DNA from: Botryllus schlosseri
Lineage: Eukaryota
Length of the DNA stretch: 64,000 nt
Direction: 5' to 3'
NCBI GenBank assembly: GCA_051294905.1
Contig: CM119372.1
Coordinates: 23,252,001 to 23,316,000, forward strand
Shown here piece after piece: positions 54,099 through 64,000 of this stretch. Under the pieces are notes generated by a model. That model was not told the origin of the DNA. It worked only from the letters and a program-made list of their open reading frames with translations, and ran no database searches. A program made the position numbers and the translations under genes. Every line of letters begins with the position of its first letter. The stretch's first letter is position 1.

Positions 54099-55442
54099 CA
54101 GTGGTTCCCAACGTGGGCGATATCGCCTCCCAGGGGGCGATTTGTCGGTCCAGGGGGGCGAAAATAGCCAAGGGGCGATAGGGGGCGAAAACAGACGAAG
54201 GGAGCGATAGGGGGCGATGGCGCGTTGAAATGGCTATATTGGTGTCCATGACTGTAACTGCCACACCCAAGCCCCCAATTGAGATGGGGGCGAGCTCGAA
54301 GGGGGCCCACATTTTTTCCTGAATTAACAATAATTATAAAGTATTATTTTGGAAATCTAGGCAACTTTTTCAAAAAATTTTCGCGCTGCGCGCCATTTCT
54401 TGGTCACATGTTTCTTGCTTATTGGATACCCTTCCTCCAAAAAATAATACGCATGAGGTATCGAAATGGGCATCTCGGTGTCAGCCATTATCCCACGATG
54501 ACGCACCAAGACATATGAAGTTTCAGGCCATGTAACATGCGACTCCGAGAAGTGTGCCAGACCGAGAAAACCTTGGCGGTAAAGGACTGCCTTTTTGCTG
54601 ACCGACATCGATATATATACGATATACATATATATCTAATTGTCCACAGGCGCCTAAATGGCTGGCGCCAAATGTTCCTGTCCTGTCCAATCAGAACCCC
54701 ATAAAAAATGCCATCTCGCAGAGAAAAATTTATTGCCAGTGCAAAAATACCAATTTGAAATCGTATGCGTCTTTTAGTTTAGTACGTATGGGCGATTTGA
54801 ATATCTTTTGATAGGCCACGAAATGTCATTACGTAACGAAGTCATTATACCCACGGGTCCGCCTGAATATGTTCAATTATTATTTACAGGCCCTACATTT
54901 TCCAAGACACCTCACTCAGCTTTACCGGTAAATCTTAATACATGAGCAGGGAGAGGATGAAAAATTAACAGCAATATATATGCAATTCCCGATCATATTG
55001 ACCGATTCAATCATGAATGATAGAAATTTTTCGTGCTTCGCGCGAATTAAGCCAACTAACTAAAGAGTCCAACAATTTGTGCTGAGAAGTAGCGGTAAAG
55101 AGGTATCGGGGGAGTTGGGTCTGAGGGGTGCAGAAGTTTGCTTTATCGCCCTATGGAGGGGGTCAAGACCTACGTATTGCGGGGGGGGGGGACTGACGAA
55201 GTGCTGTTACAGTCATTTTGTAATCAAGTCGGAGAAATCACCTTTTTTGTTAGTCAACTCACCAAAATTTAGCTGGAATGGTGTAATTTCGAGTCGAGCC
55301 GAAAAGTTGACCTTTTTTCTTAGTCAACTCGCCGGTGATTTCAGTATGTATGCCCATTTTTGTGTTCCCAATATTTGTGGGCCGATGATCGGTGTGGAGT
55401 TTGAATAGGGGGCGATGAGTCGCAAAAGGTTGGGAACGACTG
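54099..55442. mobile_element. hAT (Buster/Charlie-like) MITE with GGGGCGA arrays
   Basis: TIR CAGTGGTTCCCAAC / GTTGGGAACGACTG; TSD GATTAAAC / GATTAGAC. Confidence 0.85.
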
Positions 55443-55819
55443 GATTAGACCTACAAATATTCATTCAATCAACCATTACTTTGACATAGATGTTGACGAG
55501 GTACTTTCCGACTTTTCGTAGTCGCCTGAAACGAGCTTGAATCGAGGTTTGGTTTTTCTGCGTAAAACAACACGATAGTCTTTAAGCACGAAAGGTTTAA
55601 ATTATTAGGCATCATTTGAGAGGGTTGAATGATCGATAAAGCTGTGAGCCCGGTCTCTCGTCGTCGCTGGCAATGAATAACCAAATAGCTGCATCCATAT
55701 TGCTCATCAGGGACGTATTGGAGTCTCCAAGTGCTGCTATTCTTCCATCAAAATAGAATAAACGTCATAGCATTCTATCGTGACCATATAATATAATATA
55801 CAATAGCTCGCGTTACACT

Positions 55820-56750
55820 GGAATGCTTTCAATGCGCTGTGGACAAGCATACTCAAACTCACAATCAAGTTCCAAGCCATGACCAGTACTGAAATCTGCA
55901 ATTGACGATGATGAACTATTGTTTCATAGTTACCCAGGTCACGGATGTATTGTGACATCACTTCGTAATATGACGTCACAACATCCGAAATCTGGTAGTA
56001 AGTTAGAGCACTTTTGCCAAATCGGTGATGCCGATTCGCACATTCTATTTTACTTAAATATATATATAGATCATATAGATCATATATAGATCACCGGGAT
56101 CGGGCAAAAAATGCATATATTCCCTACAGTAATTCATCGCTTTCAATATCAAGGTGAATTCGCGCGTGCAATTTTCGAAACTATTGGTATGGGTGGAGGT
56201 CGTCGCCCGTTGAATCTTGAATATATCGCCGTGATACTCTCCACTAAGTGTTTTTGAGATGTCACAATTAATATTAAGCCATCAGGTCTATAAGCCCAAT
56301 GCCATGTGAAATATTGATTGCTATGGCGGAATATCATCGGAATTACGTATCATATTTCCACGATTTCCATAAATTGAATCTTACCGAAATTAATTCAATC
56401 TCGAATTGATCCTCCGTCCGCCACGACCTTTTCGACTCAACAACAATGGCCAGCAGGCAACAGAGCGCCACGAAACGTAATGTATTCATAACAACTGTAT
56501 TTCATGCGGTCTACTATCTACAAAGATATCCATACACGTCATTAAGTCTACTACGACGTACAGTTTTATCCCATCCCAAAGAATTTACGTCTATCGATCC
56601 AGAATATGGCAAGACAATTTCCTGTCCTTCATTGACCTGAAATTATACAGGAAATTTAGAAAATTCGGCAAGGTCTGCGGTCGCCCAATATGCCATATAC
56701 CGGGGCTCTCAAACAAGCCGCCCTCGTCAAAATTTTGGGTTTTCAAGCAT
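55820..56750 (-). pseudogene. CUB-like exons or relics upstream of the LDLa gene
   Basis: CLKTQNFDEGGLFESP-G followed by a gt donor (~56750-56700); VNEGQEIVL...YGYLCR* (~56637-56515); FSTGHGLELDCEFEYAC (~55896-55845). Similarity to the CUB consensus was judged by eye and stops lie nearby. Confidence 0.3.
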
Positions 56751-58584
56751 TTCACAATATTTAAATGCCACATATAGTTTTTATATTTGAAAACATAATA
56801 TTCACTCCTGAATTGCTCCAAAAACCTGAATCTACTCATCAAACTCCAGCATCACATCGCTTTCAAAAGTTACGATGCGGTGGAACATCTGCTATTATGT
56901 CGTGTTGCCTATTCATGATGATAAAACATGACGCGTAACCAAATTATTGATGCTGCGGCCCACGGCATCATCAAAAACTAGGAAATTTGCCAGCGAGCAC
57001 ATTTGAGATTGAGACTCCTGCCCTATACATCGCGCAAGCTCCATCATGTAGGTATAGTAAAGTAACGCTGGGAGAAAGTCAAAGTATTCGTTTATGCTAT
57101 TCAAGCCGAAGTAGAAGCAATGACAAAAATTCCCACTCAGTTACGAGTCGCAGTATTGATATATAGATCATGTCAACACTACTTCAGGTAGGAGAAGAAT
57201 ATGACTGGTCTGAGAACTATACTCAGATAAGTATTTGGGGAAGTAGATTGTTACGAGGCGCCGCTTGTTGTTTTTATAAATGCGACATGCATCTTCACGA
57301 TAATCGTAAAATTATAAATTACCATATAAATTATATAGTTTTAATATCTTAACTCTTACGGGGTCCGCTTAATCCAGTTATCATGTCAATTTCACTCCTA
57401 AACTTATTTAGGATATACTACTCTAAATTTAATGAGCAGAAAGTTGCGAAAGTAGAAAAAATCATTTGAGTATACTTCAAAATCGCAGAAGTAGCCTACT
57501 TTTTTTCTGGCGTGCTCTGTTACACTACATTCTCTCAGGGGCACTGTACCAATTCAATTTAAAAGGTATGCCGTCCTCTATCACCATCTCTAAACAGCAT
57601 TGATTAACCCGCTTTAGATCAGTTGATATGTAGAACTTATCACATCTAATAACATTATGATGCCGCTGGTATCTTTTTCTCATACAAAGTATCCTCGACA
57701 AATCTCCATCACACAACTAAACGAGATGATCCTTGCGACCCGATTTATTGGGCGCAAATTAACCATATACTCAAATGAAGTGATGGTTTGGAATGAATGC
57801 AAGATATCAGAGTGCCATTCAACGAGATTGAGCCCTGAATAGAGTTATATTGTATCATTCGAAGGTCGCATAATGTACACCGCAAGTAAATATACACGTC
57901 GACACGCGTCCATGACGTAAGTGCCAAATACTAAACATTTGCTATTCATGTTATTTAATAGACGCATGTATGCTGCATGGTAGAATTTGCATATCCCTAT
58001 AGAAAGCATCACGTCTTTCTAATGGCGTCTTAGGTAACATCGAATGCCATTGCACAGATCGAGCAGCAACATGACATTGGTCATACAAAGTGATGGTTAA
58101 TAAGTAAATTCTGTGTGCTATACCCAAATGGTCCGTACACTGGCCTGATCCGAACCTTAACATAAAAAATAGCTACCAATGCCGCTCGATTGAACATTGA
58201 ACACCGGTGAAAAGCGACTATCTACGAGCAGCAAGCACTATCCGGCCTCGCCTCTCAATTTCATTGTTATATCATTATTTCTGCATTCTCTGATTCAGTG
58301 AACAATTGTTGCATTGCGCACTCTCCTCAATTTCGTTACACCTTAGTACCCCAGTATACTGAGCAGTGAATAGTATAAACCTTGCTGAATTGTTTCGACT
58401 CCTTCGTATATTTCACATATAGCTATTTTATCTTTCGCATTCAGTGGGCTGTTTCGACGGATAGGCAACCGATTTTAGGGTGTGATGACTTCATATCGAC
58501 TGACCCCTTGGTCAGTTGATACTTGATAGTCCGTATATTCGTACCTAACGTCCGCTATGGTGCACCTCCCGCTATGGTCCCGGG

Positions 58585-60106
58585 CACTGTTCCCTCTAAT
58601 TTTTCAAGAGTCTGCGCAAACACGCCAACTCGCTGCGCAGGCCCTCGGACAACAGTGCGCAACCACCCTCCAGTAGGGTGATAAAACAAACTACTGGGGG
58701 GGCTTCGCCCCCCAGACCCCCCTACGGCTCTAGGCTTCTTCCGGTACTTATCATGTACTTTTGGTGCCCATTTAGTAGCAACTACGCCCCTAAACGCGCG
58801 AAGCGCGGAAAAATTTCTATAATTCATGATTGCATCGGCCAATATGACCGGGAATTGCATATATATTGCAATCAATTTTTATCCTCTCCCTGCTCACATA
58901 ATCAGATTTACCGGTAGAGCTGATCCAGTGTGTTGGAATAGATAGGTCCTCTAAATAATAATAATAAAACATCTGCGGGCGTACCCGTTGATATAATGAC
59001 TTCGTTACATGATGCTATTTCGTAACCCCCTATCTGCTATGTCAAAAGATATTGAAATCGCCAAAACGTACTAAAGTAAAAGACGTAGCCTACACGATTT
59101 CAAATTGGTATTTCTTAACTGGAAAATAATGTTCCCTCGATATGGCATTTGTCTTGTTGTGGGACTCGGATCGCGAGGACAGGAACATTCGGCGCCAGCC
59201 ATTTAGGCGCCAATGAACATGGACAATTACACATATATTTGTATATATCGAAATTTTCGGTCAGCACCGGGGCAGTCTTTTTCGCCCAAGGTTTTCTCGC
59301 TGCTGATCGTTCTGGCGCACTTCTTGGATTCGCATGTTACATAGCCGTTAACTTCATATGTCTTGGCTCGTCATGGTGCGGTAATGGCCGACGCCCAACT
59401 GCCCATTTCTATAAATCAAGCCTAATTAATGTTGGAAAGGGTACCCAATAATCAGTTATCTTACAATAATGAAACGCGCGTAGCGCGAAAAAAAATTCCT
59501 GAAAAATTTCAAAAAATACACCATGATTTATGATAATTCTCGAAATAATTTTGGACCCCCTTCGAGCTCGGCCCCTCCAATTGGGGGGTTTGTGGTGCGA
59601 ACGTTACGGTCCTGAGAAAATCTTACGCAATGTTCATGCCACGCGAAGAAGACTATCATTCGTTAGTTTCTCGCAGATTAACTTCGAGCTAGCCCATTGT
59701 TATTTATAACTTTGTTAAACCATGCTATTTCGTTATTCCCAGAAAATAATGCGCTATTGAAATGATATCAGTATCGCTCACGTGTACGAGGCCATACTAA
59801 AAATATCTTCCGTGAGGCGCAGATGATTATGAACTCTCCTTTCTTCACGGAGCGCAATAGTTATCTTTGCGGGGCGCACTTGTACCTCGGTTTCAGACTT
59901 CAATGATAACACTATTTGGCCTTGGCAATGTTCCATCTTAATTTTCACGAATCTGCGCGCCTGCGTGGTCCATTGTACAGCAGTGCGCAACAACTATAAA
60001 AAAAAACATCATTTCTGATTTTTTGTGCGCAGCGTAGATTTTCTGTGCGCAGAGACCGTTTCAGCACTGCGCATTTGCGCACGTGCGCAGCTTAGAGGGA
60101 ACATTG
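58585..60106. mobile_element. Non-autonomous hAT element with TGCGCA subterminal motifs
   Basis: TIR CA(C/A)TGTTCCCTCTAA; perfect TSD GTCCCGGG. Confidence 0.88.
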
Positions 60107-60109
60107 GTC

Positions 60110-61220
60110 CCGGGGTTCTCAATCTTTTTGACCTCGCCACCGTTAAAATTTCAAAATAAATGTTGCGAACCGGTCAACTTTCCGAAATAAAAATTAACAC
60201 TAAATTCAATTACGACAAACGTACGCAACTCAAATACAATATTGGAAAGTTCATTTAATTCTGCCTTTTTGGTATTAGATATTCAAGTCATGTTAAAGAC
60301 CTTGATCGTGGTAGTTCGGTTTCCTTTGAAAGAAATGCGAATATGCTATAGCCTCTGTTATACTGCCAAGTGTCACTTAATTGCCCTGTCGGAAATTAGC
60401 GAAGTTTTAAGTCTCCGTAGCTTTAAGGTTTAACGAGTCTGAAACGAATTGTAGGCTATACTTTCAAGCAATTTGGTAGAACACTTGCACCATTTTGAGG
60501 TACGCCCAAAGTATCGAAATGAACCCGAATATGTTCGGCTGGCACTCGTCATGGGTAATCGTCGGCAACTAATAGAGAATGGAAAAGAACATCGTATATC
60601 AACAATCGTATCACAAAATATGACGAATACGAGATTGAATACGAGAGCATTCAATGTACTATTTTTAAATGGTACACGAATTCTTTTTGTTGACATTGAC
60701 ACAGCCTTGGCTGGTGTTTTCTAATAATATTCGACTCCAAGGCACACAAATGAAAGTGCGAACGGCCCCTCCCAACGATACGAAATCTGTCGTCTCGATA
60801 ATTTTTCGCACAAGCAGGATCATCCAACAGAAGTTATGGCCTTTGATTGCTGAGCATCAAGCTTGAGCGGATGAGTCGTGTTGATATACGATGTTCTTTT
60901 CCATTCTCTACTAGTTGCTGACGATTACCACTGACGTGTGCCAGCCGAAAATAAAATATTCAGTTTCATTTCAATATGATTATACTATTCAATTGTTTAT
61001 TGAAGTTCTGCACCTCCAAGAAGCTCTTCAAATAGTATAATGTCATTTTCGAGTAAAGGTATTTGATTACTGTTTATCACTAGCCTACAGTAAATATTTT
61101 CACAAGACTGATGACGGCTGCACGATCATTGAGCTAAATTTGGACAAAAACTTATAGGACCGCGGGGGTCCCTGACGGTGCAAAAGGGGTCCGCGGAGGC
61201 TAAAATGTTGAGAAACACTG
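60110..61220. mobile_element. Degenerate Buster/Charlie-like MITE hosting a Penelope-like fragment
   Basis: Ends CCGGGGTTCTCAA / TTGAGAAACACTG; its left terminus overlaps the TSD of 58585-60106. Confidence 0.6.
60470..60990 (-). mobile_element. Penelope-like retroelement fragment: GIY-YIG C-terminus, 3' pLTR and inverted 5' pLTR copy
   Basis: The minus strand ~60855-60651 encodes SAI..LLDDPACAKNYRDDRFRIVGRGRSHFHLCALESNIIRKHQPRLCQCQQKEFVYHLKIVH*; inverted arms at ~60520-60603 and ~60880-60965. Confidence 0.75.
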
Positions 61221-62075
61221 CTCTAGTTTATGGACAAGCGTGCAACTTCTTGTATTTTGGAATTGAGATATAGAATTCCAATTTATTTGGAGGACCAGCA
61301 GAAAACTTGCCACGGACTGGCGGTTGAGGACCACCGCACTATACCCTCTTATCTGGTGGTACTCGCTTTGGTTTCGCTCACCAGTCGTTGGGTTTGAGGG
61401 ACGGCAAGCAGGAAGCAAACAACCGGTCTCTGGTCGGCGAGTTCAGTGGTGAAACTAGTACTGTACTGACCTACTGTGGATGTATGCAAATTGATATTAA
61501 TAATCATAATAATAGCATGAGTGATTCACTGAGAGCTTCTGTGTTTTTCAATTCGCATTTGTTGATTTTTCTTAACGGTTTCCGAGCGAATTCACATTAT
61601 TTTATGTTTCACGGCGCATGGATTTGGAGTTCAAGATTTGTACTTGGAAATTACGGCCGGATTTGGATTACTGAATTTATCCAAACTGGATTAGGGCACT
61701 GAAGTCCGAAGGATGTTGACTCTACATACCACTTTCGCATGAATTTGAGTTTGTACTGCGTGGATATCCCTGATACGAACATAGTAGGAGACGGGTTGTA
61801 CATTTGGATTTCGACATGGATTTGAAGTTCAAATGCGAGAATAATTAGAGCCAGTGAGAAAACGCAAATTGAACACTACCACAAGTACTTTGATGAAACG
61901 CTGTCTTCGTCATCATACATGCAATATAGTAGTATACTTATGAACTATGAAATTGCCATTATGCACTTTACCAATTTCAGACTTTCGAATACAATGTACT
62001 GGTTACACTAACTAATCGATCCAAGAAGATAATCTCTTGATATCATTTCTGTGGCGCCATTTCTAGAAATCCACT

Positions 62076-62206
62076 TTATGGTGTATGAGTGGGTGAGAAT
62101 GGCGCAAGCTCTCCCACGCTCTCAGGAAGATGTACTTCAGGTGGTTGTATTTCGACTACTGAATCATCGCTCTTTTTATTTGCTCTTGCCAGTATCTTTT
62201 TCGACT
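62076..62206 (-). CDS. Terminal exon paralogous to 47087-46963
   Basis: ttttttcag acceptor, phase 1, SKKILARANKKSDDS...HLPESVGELAPFSPTHTP*; shares ILARANK, HLPE and ELAP with the 47 kb exon. Confidence 0.55.
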
Positions 62207-62710
62207 CTGAAAAAAATATAATTCGTCCACGATGGTTTATTGGTATCATGCCAATGGTTCAAGTTGTTTTTCGTTACATATCCACATATCTACGAGTTTT
62301 TGTAGTGATCTGGTATTCTCTATACGGCTACTCTCAAGGTAACGCACGTTTTATCAGCCTACTGATGCGCTCCCAGATCTTAGTGAGAAAATATACCTAA
62401 ACCAGTGACCTGCTGTTAGGGGAGGCAAGTGAGGCAGTGTCACACCTGTCGTCAGGACTCAGGATGAGTAACAGAATATCGTGAAACCTTCAATGATTAT
62501 AACACCAATAATTACGGGTTATTTCCATTGATATTCATGTATTACTCAATTTTAAAGCCTCACATGTGATAGCGCAATTCATCATAAACAGCTCAGAATT
62601 GATACTGGTTCCGGAAATATAAACATTGTTAACGTCAGAGCACCAGAACCTCCTCAAGATCGACAATGAATGTGAAATTTGGCTTTGTTACGTACAATGA
62701 CAGCGTAGAG

Positions 62711-63974
62711 CAGGGGTTCTCAACCCGCGGCCCGCAGACGCTTTTTCTGTGGCCCGCGAGATCTTTCAATATGATCGCAATTACTACCGGCACAGTATTC
62801 TTGCATACGGTATCAATTTAGCTACTAAAGCTCTCTTATCGCTCAGTCTCTGTTTCGTTTGATTTATTCTCATTCTTCAATGTTTTCTGGTTTCTAGATA
62901 TATGGTCGAGTTTAGATTCTTATTGTTCTGAATAGGTCTTCGGACAGTTCCATCTCGAGTTACACATATCACCTGAAAAAAGCGTTGTTAGCGTTGTTAG
63001 CGTTGTTAGCTAGGTCTCAGGCTAAGCAATCCATATTTTGAGGCATTGTTGAGATTGCCGACGACGTTAAAAACACATGGTTCAAATTGCTTGGTATATC
63101 GCTTACCCATGAAATCTGTTAGAAAAGGTGTTTCTCCAACAAAACGTTACTATACTGTGCGAATCTCCGCTGTTTTCGGAATTTAGCAGCAAGGACAACT
63201 TCACCTAACAAATTTCGAAGCTGCAGTTGTCTAATTTAACCGTGACAAGAAGAGTAACAGCAATGTCAGTTAATCTTTTGTCGCATGTTTCGAAACACGT
63301 TGACCCGTAGACTACTTTAACCTAGCATTGGACAAAATCTACGGACATTGCAACGCTAATTGTATTGCGATATTCCATCAGAGTGGATATATTTGTAGAC
63401 GTAATGCTGGCTGGGTAAACGTGGGGAGAGGGGACTAGCAAACAACATCAACTTAACAAAGCTGACTTCTGTAACTATTGGTGCAGGGCATCAGCCATGC
63501 AAGGAAAGGAGAATGGTTGATTGGTTTGCTCAGAAATTACCCCGGACATGAGACTTCTTCTCCTATCACTGAGCGCCCAAAGTGACAATGGCCTCTGTGA
63601 AGAAAAAGTTACCGTAGTTGTATACTTGCCCGCTCACGCATTGAAACAGAGAGTTCAGTTCTCTGGTGCAAGGGTTTGAAGGTGCACATACCGACTTGGG
63701 AACGGATGCAATGCACGCTTCATGAAGAGATTTACTTGTTCCGTCAGGAGATGACACAATCTCACTAGAAACAGCAACTGAAAGCTTACGAACGCTGTCC
63801 ATTATGCTGTAGAATGCATACAAACTAAATGTCTATAGACGACTGGTAAATAGGCTATATTAGCCTAAATATAATAGTATAGTCCACAAATATACGGTAA
63901 TAATGTTCTGCGGCCCGCAGCGCTTTTTGCTGTTAAAATGCGGCCCGTTACGCAAGGAAAGTTGAGAACCCCTG
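62711..63974 (+). mobile_element. hAT (Buster/SPIN/Charlie-like) deletion derivative with transposase relic
   Basis: TIR CAGGGGTTCTCAAC; perfect TSD GCGTAGAG; frameshifted ISKLQLSNLTVTRRVTAMS (~63212), LALD.STDI (~63324) and INLTKLTSVT..GASAMQGKENG (~63447) motifs. Confidence 0.88.
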
Positions 63975-64000
63975 GCGTAGAGAAACAATGACCAGGTGAG

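Noticed and set aside
62981..63010. (AGCGTTGTT)3 repeat
   Set aside because: A trivial slippage duplication inside a transposon.

Overview
This is eukaryotic (metazoan) genomic DNA, not prokaryotic. It is AT-rich, has spliced genes with short GT-AG introns, and is dense in transposons; the style suggests an invertebrate such as an ascidian, which is inference only. Most supplied ORFs are spurious. Manual exon assembly supports: (1) the 3' part of a + strand coiled-coil protein gene (5.6-17.6 kb); (2) a complete 5-exon C21orf58/DUF4587-family gene on the - strand (39052-23349) with upstream RFX X-box-like motifs; (3) a - strand extracellular-type gene with FN3-like, LDLa and Pro-rich exons (51.9-47.0 kb), plus paralogous or decayed CUB/FN3-like exons nearby and inside the C21orf58 intron. 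At least 18 non-autonomous hAT elements have TIRs and 8-bp TSDs, many of them nested, including two near-identical 2087-bp copies. Also present are tRNA-derived SINEs (one with inverted heads at both ends), Penelope-like retroelement ends with minimal hammerhead-ribozyme motifs, and many TAGGCTA-type footprints. No operon, CRISPR array or rRNA was seen. All calls were made by eye, without searches or alignments.
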